From Candidatus Latescibacterota bacterium (GTDB taxonomy: Bacteria; Latescibacterota; UBA2968): a stretch of DNA of 64,000 bases. The position numbers and the translations under genes were made by a program. The notes under the pieces were generated by a model. The model was not told the DNA's origin. It saw only the letters and a list, made by a program, of their open reading frames with translations, and did not search any database. The stretch spans positions 5,824,001 to 5,888,000 of the forward strand of contig OZ244960.1 of NCBI GenBank assembly GCA_965222605.1. Direction: 5' to 3'. Below are positions 49,082 to 57,957 of the stretch, piece after piece; positions within the stretch are counted from its first letter, which is position 1, and each line of letters begins with the position of its first letter.

Positions 49082-49666
49082 ATGGTTGATTATGCGACTT
49101 TCCAAGAGAAATGGGACAAAATTGCAGGCAAAGAGGCTACCAATGATTTTGCCCGCTGGAAGAATTGCTCTGGGGTTACAATGGAGTTGCAGATTCTCCG
49201 AATTGAGTCAGGTTTCTCAGAAAAAACTATTGCTGACCGTCTTGGGTGGACACCAGAGCAGGTTTTTGACTTTGAAATGGCAGAAATTCAAGATGTTCAT
49301 TTTAACGACATGTGGGCATATTTAAATGCTATTGGATTTAAAATGGGCATTAGGTTTATGGAAAAGGAGATGAGCATTGAGGAGGACCTTGAATTTTACG
49401 CTTCTAACATCTACGAATTGCTCAAAAAACTTGTGGAGCAAGCTGGCAATGATCCCCAGCTAACCGAGGAAGCTGTAAAGTCAATTTACAAACACAGCCA
49501 TCAGAGTATGAGCGGAATGCTTGTAAAGTTGATTCCCATGTTTCAAAATCAAAATGCCGTTATGGAGACATTGGAAGAAATTTTACCCCCCCAATTCAGA
49601 CCTTCTCGCAATCTCAACGAGATCGGCGAAAAACCTCAAGATTATCGGGAGGTTGTCGCAAGATAA
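49082..49666 (+). CDS. XRE-like HTH protein (putative antitoxin)
   Basis: LRIESGFSEKTIADRLGWTPEQVFDFE...YLNAIG. Confidence 0.6.
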   Translation: MVDYATFQEKWDKIAGKEATNDFARWKNCSGVTMELQILRIESGFSEKTIADRLGWTPEQVFDFEMAEIQDVHFNDMWAYLNAIGFKMGIRFMEKEMSIEEDLEFYASNIYELLKKLVEQAGNDPQLTEEAVKSIYKHSHQSMSGMLVKLIPMFQNQNAVMETLEEILPPQFRPSRNLNEIGEKPQDYREVVAR

Positions 49667-49689
49667 AATGATATAAAACGCTTGCTTTC

Positions 49690-49736
49690 AGGGGATTATA
49701 GTGTTATTTTGTTCACTATAATCCCCTTATTTTTTT
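49690..49736 (+). terminator. intrinsic terminator
   Basis: AGGGGATTATAGTG...CACTATAATCCCCT plus T run. Confidence 0.7.
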
Positions 49737-49883
49737 GCGGTTTGTAAAGGGCAAAAAAAGTGGAGTTTTACGTGGTCGCGCAAACCTCCTTGGTCGGCTT
49801 CCTTCCTCACCAAAGAAGAACACATCAAAGCTCTCGCTTTTTGTGATTGAAGCCATTAAAAATATAACAGGTGCTTACACCGA

Positions 49884-50396
49884 GATCTGCCCTGGCCACG
49901 CGGTGTTCTGGAAGATTTGGGAGAAACGCCAGTTGAGATGCGAGTCACGCTCTCCTATTTTATTGAGCCAAACCCATCACGCCGAGGCGACCGTTCTCGC
50001 TATCGGTATGAGTCTCACGGTCTCCGTTTCGACGTAAAACGTCCACCCGAATCGATAGACGATTTTCGGAGACGGATCAACCTGGCAGCAAGAGACGAGG
50101 GGAGAGGGACTCACCATAGTAGCGGTGATCCGTCCTGGCTGATCGGATCGCAGGGGCGCCACAGAGGATCGTTGCACAGCGACATTTGGCGCGGAACTGC
50201 AGCGGATCTTGCCAGCCGGGGAAATATCGCCGTCTATCCTGCCACCGGTTGGTGGAAGACGCGGCACTCGCTGGAAAAATACGATCAAGTAGCCCGATAC
50301 GCCCTGATCGTCAGTATTAAGGCACCAGAGGTCGATGTGGACCTGTACACTGAGATCGAGAACCTGATCACGACACCGGTTAAAGTCGAGTTCTGA
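49884..50396 (+). pseudogene. S8 peptidase C-terminal remnant
   Basis: DLPWP...MRVTLSYFIEPNP...YESHGLRF...GSLHSDIW...AVYPATGWW...RYALIVSI. Confidence 0.8.
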
Positions 50397-50397
50397 G

Positions 50398-52467
50398 ATG
50401 AATTTCCGCATCGCCGACACCTTCACCGATAGCCTTGCCAGGCTGACCGGTAATGAGCAGAAGGCTGTGAAGACCACGGCCTTTGATCTGCAATTGAATC
50501 CAGCTCAGCCGGGATTGCAATTCCACAAGTTGGATAGAACCAGAGATCGGAATTTCTGGTCTGTTCGCGTTAGTCGCGATGTCCGTATAATTGTGCATCG
50601 GACCCGGAATAGTCTGTTGCTGTGCTATGTGGCTCACCACGATAATGCCTATCAATGGGCTGAGCGGCGCAAGCTGGAAACCCATCCCAGGACTGGTGCA
50701 GCACAATTGGTTGAGGTGCGCGAGATCGTTCAAGAGATCGCCGTGCCCCAATATGTGGTAGCTGAGCAAGAAGTACAGTACAAGCTGCCTTTGCTCACTG
50801 ATGTTCCGGAGAGCGATCTTCTGAACTATGGTGTGCCGCCTGAGTGGCTGGATGATGTACGCAATGCCGATGAAGATGGTTTGCTCGAGTTAGCCGAGCA
50901 TTTGCCGGGGGAGGCAGGGGAGGCGTTGCTCGAACTGGCTGTTGGTGGAACACCACAGATAGCACAGCCCGTTACCACTACCGATCCCTTTGACCATCCC
51001 GATGCACAGCGTCGTTTCCGGTTGATGACAAATGTGGAAGCACTGGAGCGCGCGCTCGACTATCCCTGGGAGAAGTGGGCGATCTTTCTTCATCCGGCGC
51101 AGCGGGAAGTTGTTGAGAGGGACTACAACGGACCATTTCGCGTGTCGGGTACGGCGGGTACGGGGAAAACCGTTGTGGCTATTCACCGCGCCGCGTTTCT
51201 CGTGCGTAATAACCCGGATGCGATGGTGCTGCTCACCACATTCTCCGACACACTGGCTAATGCTCTACGTACCAAACTCAGACGGTTGATTCAAAACGAA
51301 CCTCGGCTTGCAGAGCGCGTGGAGGTCAACGCTATTGATACGGTTGGCGAGCGGCTTTATCGGGCGCAGTTTGGTGCGCCAAAGATCGCAACTCAGGAGA
51401 TTATTCAGGAGTTTCTGGCGAAAGCGTCCAGCGAGGTGGAGGCGCATAATTTCAGTCCTCGATTCTTGTTGAGCGAGTGGGAGACTGTCGTTGATGCATG
51501 GCAGTTGGATAGCTGGGAAGCCTATCGCGATATCAGGCGGCTTGGACGCAAGACGCGCTTGCCCGTGGCGCAGCGTTCGATACTCTGGTCTATTTTTGAG
51601 CGGGTGAAAGCCCAACTTCAGGATCAGGGACTGGTGACCCGGGCGGACATATACGGATTGCTTGCTGAGAAGCTCAAAGATCGCCGACATCTGCCGTTTG
51701 ACTTCGCTATTGTAGATGAGGCGCAAGACATCAGTGTTGCCCAACTGCGTTTTCTCGCGGCATTGGGTGACCAGCGGCCAAATAGCCTCTTTTTTGCGGG
51801 TGATCTGGGGCAGCGGATTTTCCAAACACCGTTTTCCTGGAAGGCGTTGGGTGTTGATATTCGTGGAAGATCTCGGACTCTCAAAATCAACTACCGAACA
51901 TCTCACCAAATTCGGGTACAAGCAGATCGTTTGCTGGGTCCCGAAGTCGCCGATGTGGATGGCAATGTTGAGGATCGCAGGGGAACGGTCTCGGCATTTA
52001 ATGGCGAGCCTCCGACAATAGACTTCTTTGAGACCGAGGATGAAGAAAGTAAGGCTGTTGGAACGTGGTTGCAGGAATGCCGGGACAAAGGCGTGGATGC
52101 TCGTGAGATGGGGATATTTGTGCGCTCGGCGAAGGAACTAAACCGCGCACGCGAGGCGGTGCGCGATGCCGGGTTATCTTTTCAGGTTTTGGATGAAAGC
52201 GATGGGAAGGATAAGGATAGCGTATCGATATGTACGATGCATCTGGCGAAGGGGTTGGAGTTTCGCGCTGTCGCAGTGATGGCGTGTGACGATGAAATTA
52301 TTCCGCTACAGGATCGGATTGAAACAGTCGCGGATAGTGCGGATCTCGAAGAGGTTTACGATACAGAGAGACATTTGCTCTATGTCGCATGCACACGCGC
52401 TCGGGACCATTTATTGATCACGGGGGTTACACCTGTGTCGGAGTTTCTGGATGACCTGCAGATGTAA
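50398..52467 (+). CDS. UvrD/REP-type SF1 helicase with N-terminal RelE-like domain
   Basis: FWSVRVSRDVRIIV...YVAHHDNAY; GTAGTGKT, VDEAQD, NYRT, TMHLAKGLEF, LYVACTRAR. Confidence 0.9.
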   Translation: MNFRIADTFTDSLARLTGNEQKAVKTTAFDLQLNPAQPGLQFHKLDRTRDRNFWSVRVSRDVRIIVHRTRNSLLLCYVAHHDNAYQWAERRKLETHPRTGAAQLVEVREIVQEIAVPQYVVAEQEVQYKLPLLTDVPESDLLNYGVPPEWLDDVRNADEDGLLELAEHLPGEAGEALLELAVGGTPQIAQPVTTTDPFDHPDAQRRFRLMTNVEALERALDYPWEKWAIFLHPAQREVVERDYNGPFRVSGTAGTGKTVVAIHRAAFLVRNNPDAMVLLTTFSDTLANALRTKLRRLIQNEPRLAERVEVNAIDTVGERLYRAQFGAPKIATQEIIQEFLAKASSEVEAHNFSPRFLLSEWETVVDAWQLDSWEAYRDIRRLGRKTRLPVAQRSILWSIFERVKAQLQDQGLVTRADIYGLLAEKLKDRRHLPFDFAIVDEAQDISVAQLRFLAALGDQRPNSLFFAGDLGQRIFQTPFSWKALGVDIRGRSRTLKINYRTSHQIRVQADRLLGPEVADVDGNVEDRRGTVSAFNGEPPTIDFFETEDEESKAVGTWLQECRDKGVDAREMGIFVRSAKELNRAREAVRDAGLSFQVLDESDGKDKDSVSICTMHLAKGLEFRAVAVMACDDEIIPLQDRIETVADSADLEEVYDTERHLLYVACTRARDHLLITGVTPVSEFLDDLQM

Positions 52468-52487
52468 TGGTGGAAGTGGTATGGAGA

Positions 52488-53309
52488 CTATCCATAGGCC
52501 ATTTCGGGGTGTTTTCCGAGAACGCGCAGGAGGCGTTCGTCGGCACCTTCGAGGACGTAATCTGGCATGTGATAGTTGAGGTAGGGCCAGAATCGCTGGG
52601 CGACGAAACGCTGTCCATAGACCTGGTGAAAGAGGTAGCGGATGCGATCAGATGTATTGGGGGCGCCGCGATGCCAGGTTTGGCTGCTGAGGAGGTAGAG
52701 GTCACCCGCTTTCATGTGCAGGGACGTGGGGCCTTGGCCGTCGAAAGTTGGGTTTTCTGGATCGTTGGGCTGTCTGCCCGCATAGTGGCTGCCCGGCACG
52801 AATTGGCTGGGACCATACTGGTCTTCGTTCTGGTCTGTCAGGGCGATCTGGAACGACATGCGAAAAACGGGCATCCGAAGACGTCTGTCATGGCCGCTGA
52901 TATTGTCGTCCGTAATTGGAAATTCCAGGCTGTCATCTACGTGAAAGCGGTTAATGCCCAGATCCGTGCGGTTCAAGATGCATCCCTGCGCCATGCAATG
53001 GCACTGGGGACCGAGGACTGTTTCGGCAATAGATATGATAGGCTCGCGCACGAGCAGGTCGCGGAACATCCGGTCGCATTCAAATAGCCGATGCACAACG
53101 ATGGGCGCTTTGCCATCGTGCATCGGCTTTATTTTTACATTTCGCATTTCGGCGAAATAGGGTTCTGCAAAGATCTCGTCAACACGTCTGCATATTTGCT
53201 CGCATTCTTCCCGGGAGAGGACGTTTCGGATGACGGTCGCGCCGTTTTTATAAAAATCTTCGAGAATCGGCGATAGTTCTTCTTCGGTAAAGGGTGCATG
53301 AAGTGACAT
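52488..53309 (-). CDS. phytanoyl-CoA dioxygenase (PhyH) family Fe/2OG enzyme
   Basis: FHVD, VPGSH, AGD, WHRG. Confidence 0.88.
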   Translation of the reverse strand: MSLHAPFTEEELSPILEDFYKNGATVIRNVLSREECEQICRRVDEIFAEPYFAEMRNVKIKPMHDGKAPIVVHRLFECDRMFRDLLVREPIISIAETVLGPQCHCMAQGCILNRTDLGINRFHVDDSLEFPITDDNISGHDRRLRMPVFRMSFQIALTDQNEDQYGPSQFVPGSHYAGRQPNDPENPTFDGQGPTSLHMKAGDLYLLSSQTWHRGAPNTSDRIRYLFHQVYGQRFVAQRFWPYLNYHMPDYVLEGADERLLRVLGKHPEMAYG

Positions 53310-53365
53310 GGGATATTCCTCGCTAAAAAACGAATAGACGAACCCCGCCCAACCACTCAAAACCT

Positions 53366-53499
53366 CTGGATTGCGGCTAACCCCATGCCGCAATGACGGT
53401 CTATTTGTCTATGAACTGGCCCGAGAGGCAGCCAGTTGTACACCATTCCGTAGATTCGTAGATGAACTGCTGGCGCAGTTGTACACCACTCCGTAGATT
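53366..53499. repeat. REP-like palindrome plus two tandem mini-element copies
   Basis: GGATTGCGGC...GCCGCAATGAC; ATGAACT-stem-AGTTGTACACCAYTCCGTAGATT at 53411 and 53462. Confidence 0.7.
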
Positions 53500-53506
53500 T
53501 GCTTAC

Positions 53507-54949
53507 TCAGATCGCACCTTTGGGTACGCCTTTGCCAACGTGGGGAAGCAGTCCCTGAATTGGTCGCCCGGGCACCAGTTTTCCATTCTGGACAAATCCC
53601 TCTGGGCGCCCTGTGAGTTCCTCGATCAGTTGATCGCGCCACCAGGCCAATCGGTCCGGGCGATCGCGGGACAGATCGTTGATTTCGCGGGGGTCTTCGG
53701 TTAGATCGAAGAGCAACTCTCTTCCCGTCTGGGTAAACCAGGCGTACTTCTCCTTGCCATCCGTAAGCCACTGATTGGCGGATGTCGCGTGTTCCCCGTG
53801 AATAAACGGCCGCCAATTATTCCCGCCACAATTCAGCACACTTTCGCCGTCGAGATCATCTGGGGTGTCGATCCCAGCGATGTCGCAGAAGGTGGGGAAG
53901 ATGTCCCTCAGTTCTACCGGCGATTCCACGAGCGATCCACGTTCCACAGCGCCAGATGTTTTGGGCATTCGCAGGATGAAGGGCACGCGAGCGGATCCGT
54001 CATAGGGCACGCCTTTTCCCACATGATTGTGATCGTAGAGCATTTCACCGTGATCCGCAGTGAAGAGTATGGCTGTGTTGTCCTGGACACCGTATTCGTT
54101 GAGCGCCATGATCATGCGATTGATCTGGAAATCGATGTGTGAAATCTGTGCGTAATACGCTCTTCGGGCATAGGCCACAAGCGCCGGGTCTCGCGGGATC
54201 GGGCTGTCGTGGCCGCCCTTGCGGAGTTCGTGGTCAACCCAGTTTCCCATGGCGGGTGGGGGGATGTCTTTTTGCAAATATCGATTCAGGAAAGACGCGG
54301 GTGGATCCAGCGGCGGATGAGGCCGATGGTAGGATAGCGTGAGGAAGAAGGGTTTGGATGTATCGCGTCTGCGCAAAAAGTCAATGCCCTGCGTGGTGAC
54401 CCAGCTCGTGGGGTGGAGCATTTCGTGGTAGGGCCAGGCCTGCGCCGCGTATCCATTGCATCCCACGCCAGAGTCGTTGTGGTCGGCGTAAACCGCGCCG
54501 AGTTTTTCCCGAAGCCAGGGGGTGTAATCGTCGTTCAAGCCAAATTCGCGGTTTTCCCGCCGGGCGCGGTGCATATAGCCGTCGTGCAGTACGACATTGT
54601 GAAAACCCACGAGATTGCGCCAGGGATAGACGTGCATTTTGCCGACGCACTGGGTGTGATAACCCGCATCTGATAGGGTTCCGGGAAGTGTTACTGGATA
54701 GTCCCATTGCACACCACCATTGGTGAGATATCCATGGCGTTTGGGGGCGAGACCTGTGAGGATTGTGGCGCGGGCAGCAACACATACCGGGCACGAGGCA
54801 TACGCCTGGGTAAATGTGATACCCTCACCTGCCAGATAATCCAGATGAGGGGTTTCAACTGCTGGATGACCGGTATAACCCAGGCAATCCCCCCGCCATT
54901 GATCGGTCAGGATAAAGAGTATATTGGGGGCGTTTTCGGCTGTCGGCAT
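53507..54949 (-). CDS. arylsulfatase (formylglycine-dependent)
   Basis: PNILFILTDQ, CVAARATILTG (CxxxR), GKMH, RPHPP, ADHG. Confidence 0.92.
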   Translation of the reverse strand: MPTAENAPNILFILTDQWRGDCLGYTGHPAVETPHLDYLAGEGITFTQAYASCPVCVAARATILTGLAPKRHGYLTNGGVQWDYPVTLPGTLSDAGYHTQCVGKMHVYPWRNLVGFHNVVLHDGYMHRARRENREFGLNDDYTPWLREKLGAVYADHNDSGVGCNGYAAQAWPYHEMLHPTSWVTTQGIDFLRRRDTSKPFFLTLSYHRPHPPLDPPASFLNRYLQKDIPPPAMGNWVDHELRKGGHDSPIPRDPALVAYARRAYYAQISHIDFQINRMIMALNEYGVQDNTAILFTADHGEMLYDHNHVGKGVPYDGSARVPFILRMPKTSGAVERGSLVESPVELRDIFPTFCDIAGIDTPDDLDGESVLNCGGNNWRPFIHGEHATSANQWLTDGKEKYAWFTQTGRELLFDLTEDPREINDLSRDRPDRLAWWRDQLIEELTGRPEGFVQNGKLVPGRPIQGLLPHVGKGVPKGAI

Positions 54950-54964
54950 TGGGTGTATCTCCTG

Positions 54965-55756
54965 TTATCCCCTTCGCTTGTTGGCTAATGCCCAGACATC
55001 CCGGAAGAAAGTCTGGCGGCTTTCTTCCAGGCCATTGATCACGACCGGGTTCATGCAGGGCTTGGGTTCGTGGAATCGCACGGTTACGTGATTGTACGCG
55101 AGAAGGATGGCGCGTCGCGGATTGTCCGGATTGGTCCAGGTAGATCCCGTGTGACGCACGCCTTCTGAAAATACGACGAGGCTCCCGGGTGGACAGCCAT
55201 AGGTTTCCCAAACGCCTGAGTTTGGATCATCGGCTTCTTCGGGCCAGGTGCCGTCCTGGGCAGAAGCCAGATTGGCTTTGTGTGAACCGGGGACGAGGCA
55301 GGTGCCGCCCTGGCCTTTTTTTACTTCGTTCAATTCCCAGACAATGCGCGTCATTGCGCTGTAGATGCGACCATTGTGGAAGCGGAAGGAAAACGAAGGG
55401 TGGAGGTTTGTTCCTCCCACGTGTGGCCGCCACTCGTTGCCGGTATTTTTCACGGACCGGCCGGATATAAATACGCTTTCCAATCGGATGCGCTCTCGAT
55501 CCGGGTCAATGACTTCCTGGAGAATGCCCAGGACCCGCGGATGATCGATCAGAAATTCAGTGGGACCAGAAATTGGTGAACGATGGTGTTCGGGAAGGCT
55601 TTCGGGAGTTTTCATATACGTTTCGATATGGTCGCGTGCGATCGCGATTTCCTCATCGGTGAGAACGCCGGGGATGACGAGAAAGCCTTTTAAATCGAAG
55701 AGGAATTTTTCGTAATCCGACATTGGCAGATGCTCACGCGCTTTTTTCTCAGACAT
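54965..55756 (-). CDS. PhyH family Fe/2OG enzyme (HxG motif)
   Basis: FDLKGFLVI, PHVGG, VPGSHK, EGVRHTG. Confidence 0.82.
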   Translation of the reverse strand: MSEKKAREHLPMSDYEKFLFDLKGFLVIPGVLTDEEIAIARDHIETYMKTPESLPEHHRSPISGPTEFLIDHPRVLGILQEVIDPDRERIRLESVFISGRSVKNTGNEWRPHVGGTNLHPSFSFRFHNGRIYSAMTRIVWELNEVKKGQGGTCLVPGSHKANLASAQDGTWPEEADDPNSGVWETYGCPPGSLVVFSEGVRHTGSTWTNPDNPRRAILLAYNHVTVRFHEPKPCMNPVVINGLEESRQTFFRDVWALANKRRG

Positions 55757-55768
55757 TGGTTTGCTCCT

Positions 55769-56587
55769 CTATTTTTCGGGCCATGGACGAAACAAATTGC
55801 GCTGTTCTTTTGTATATCGCGCCAGTGTATGCGATGTGATATGCTGGGGTTCATCCATAGTTGCGATATTTTGCGACATCATCCAGTAGGGGCCATAGCC
55901 TGCGTGGATGGTTTTGCGGACTTGATCTGAGCGATTGGTCAAGCCACCGTGCCTCAAGTGTTCTGTAAAAAAGATCGCATCGCCCGCTTTGACTTCCAAT
56001 CCGACCATTCCCGGTTCTACATCTGGATCATTGTCATAAGGGCATGGCATGGTGCTTTTGTGTGTGCCGGGGACGACGCAAAACGCGCCTTGTTCATTGG
56101 TGACATCGTGTATGAAGTAAATCATACGTACCATCATGCAATCGATGCGATCACTGCTGGTATAGCGGTATTTTTGATTTTCCGGTCTCGTGCCGCCGTG
56201 GCTGCGCGATGTATTGTTTTTATACCGAATGCGGATCTCTGAATTGTTGATGGTGTAGCGACCGCGGATGGCGACATGTACGTATGGCAATGTTTTTTCG
56301 TGATTTACCAGCAGGTCAAATGTTGGGTCCGCATTCCAAAAATCTTCTATGATCAGGGTTTTTCCCTCGGTGCCCGATCCCTGAACATGGTAGCCTTTCT
56401 CTGTATTTACGTGATATTCGGCTCCCCATGCGCTGAGTTTTCGCGGAGGCAAATCGACATTGGATAGGGCGTGTTCTTCCAATCTGTCAACGGCTTCGCG
56501 CAGAGATTTCACTTCTGCATCCGTGAGCATGTTTTTGATTGTGATATATCCCTGGCGGTCAAATTCGTATTGTTCGATTTTATTCAT
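55769..56587 (-). CDS. PhyH family Fe/2OG enzyme (HxG motif)
   Basis: FDRQGYI, SHGG, VPGTHK, KAGD, EHLRHGG. Confidence 0.85.
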   Translation of the reverse strand: MNKIEQYEFDRQGYITIKNMLTDAEVKSLREAVDRLEEHALSNVDLPPRKLSAWGAEYHVNTEKGYHVQGSGTEGKTLIIEDFWNADPTFDLLVNHEKTLPYVHVAIRGRYTINNSEIRIRYKNNTSRSHGGTRPENQKYRYTSSDRIDCMMVRMIYFIHDVTNEQGAFCVVPGTHKSTMPCPYDNDPDVEPGMVGLEVKAGDAIFFTEHLRHGGLTNRSDQVRKTIHAGYGPYWMMSQNIATMDEPQHITSHTLARYTKEQRNLFRPWPEK

Positions 56588-56601
56588 TGTAATTTGTCCT
56601 G

Positions 56602-57930
56602 TCAATTCTTCCTGAATAGGAGCATTGCGATTCGCCTTTCTCCCACTATGACCTTTACATTGGCTTTGATATAGATGGGGTTTTTTAGCAATGCCAGCTC
56701 TCGGACTTTTGCCTTGAGCACCGGATGTGGATCGTCGATTCTGATCACGCCGCTAAAAGAACGCTTTGTATTTTCGGCATCGACCATCTGCACGTCCAGG
56801 CTCGTCTCGTCAATCTCAGGCTCATCGGCATCCATCTCGATAATCATACTCAGATCGTTAATTTCCTGTACAGATAAGGGCTGTCCACCCGTGTCGAATT
56901 GCCCTTCCAAAATGCGGTCCTGAAGTGTATTCTGGATTTCCTGTTGAATCTCATTGGGAAGAGTGTGAATCCTGAATTCTGCGCTGTGGGTGCCTTCTAT
57001 GACTGTGCCGGTTAGCGCTATCCGGTTTAATGGCTCGGCTTCGATCTCTTCTCCGGGATCGGATGGCCCGGCATTTTGCACGCTCAGCACGCTGTGGAGA
57101 TCGACCAATTTCACCTTGCCGAGTGCGAATACCGTGTCGTCTTCTATGGCGACGAGTTTGCCCGAAAAGTAGTCTTCCAATTGTTTGGTGATCTGACCAT
57201 CGGAGATATCGTTGAATTGTGCAAACCCCATGCCCCAAGAATCCGGCGAATCGACGTCTGTTCTCAGAATTTCGCCGTCTCCATAAGTTGTAATCACTTC
57301 AATATAAGCCGGTTGACCAACGCGTACGAGCTTTTGTCCGGCGCCCTTTAGACCTGCGGAAATTCGCAGATCGTCAAAATCGAGGATGCGCGCGATTTCG
57401 TCTCCTTTTGCCACGACCGCTCCGACGATTTCCTCCTCAAACAGGATGACGCCAGCGTGCGTAGCGGTCAATGTCTCGCGTCTGGGTAGCTCTTGTTCCC
57501 AGATGGACGCCGAACTTCTGAGCGCGCTCCGAAGTTCCCGTTCCGTTGAAGTTAGAGAAGATGATGCGGCAAGGCTGTCGAGTTCGCCACTTAGTTCTTC
57601 CGCAACTTGTTGTGTGCGATACCGACTGACCCGGGATTTATCTCTGGAAATTTCAAATACCGGCTGACCAACTGTTACGTCGGTTTTATTTTTTACCAGT
57701 GCTTCTATGACGATGATATCCTCATCGGGGGATAGGACATATTCGTGCGGCTTGATGGGTTCTGCACCCGATAACACGAGGTCTTCGGTTGTTGAAAACC
57801 ATAGAAAACCGATGATTGCGGCGACCGTAAAAACGAAGCCATACCCGAATATTTCCAGATATTTGACGTACCTCGCGATAAACCTGCGGGTTCTCAAGCT
57901 CTGTGTTTTAGGTTTCTCCGTCTTTTGCAT
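56602..57930 (-). CDS. HlyD-like periplasmic adaptor, atypical
   Basis: N-terminal TM, lipoyl-like halves (VTVGQPVF; LTATHAGV...VAKGDEIARI), C-terminal GERRIAMLLF. Confidence 0.5.
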   Translation of the reverse strand: MQKTEKPKTQSLRTRRFIARYVKYLEIFGYGFVFTVAAIIGFLWFSTTEDLVLSGAEPIKPHEYVLSPDEDIIVIEALVKNKTDVTVGQPVFEISRDKSRVSRYRTQQVAEELSGELDSLAASSSLTSTERELRSALRSSASIWEQELPRRETLTATHAGVILFEEEIVGAVVAKGDEIARILDFDDLRISAGLKGAGQKLVRVGQPAYIEVITTYGDGEILRTDVDSPDSWGMGFAQFNDISDGQITKQLEDYFSGKLVAIEDDTVFALGKVKLVDLHSVLSVQNAGPSDPGEEIEAEPLNRIALTGTVIEGTHSAEFRIHTLPNEIQQEIQNTLQDRILEGQFDTGGQPLSVQEINDLSMIIEMDADEPEIDETSLDVQMVDAENTKRSFSGVIRIDDPHPVLKAKVRELALLKNPIYIKANVKVIVGERRIAMLLFRKN

Positions 57931-57957
57931 TGCTCTACCTGTGGTTATGGCTGTGCA

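Noticed and set aside
48322-49699. GGGGATTAT direct repeat as a target-site duplication
   Set aside because: The second copy is part of a terminator stem and lies ~180 bp inside the insert boundary.
53411-53499. CRISPR array or integron attC sites
   Set aside because: Only two tandem units, the variable part is a short self-complementary stem, the units are too short for attC, and no cas or intI gene is present.
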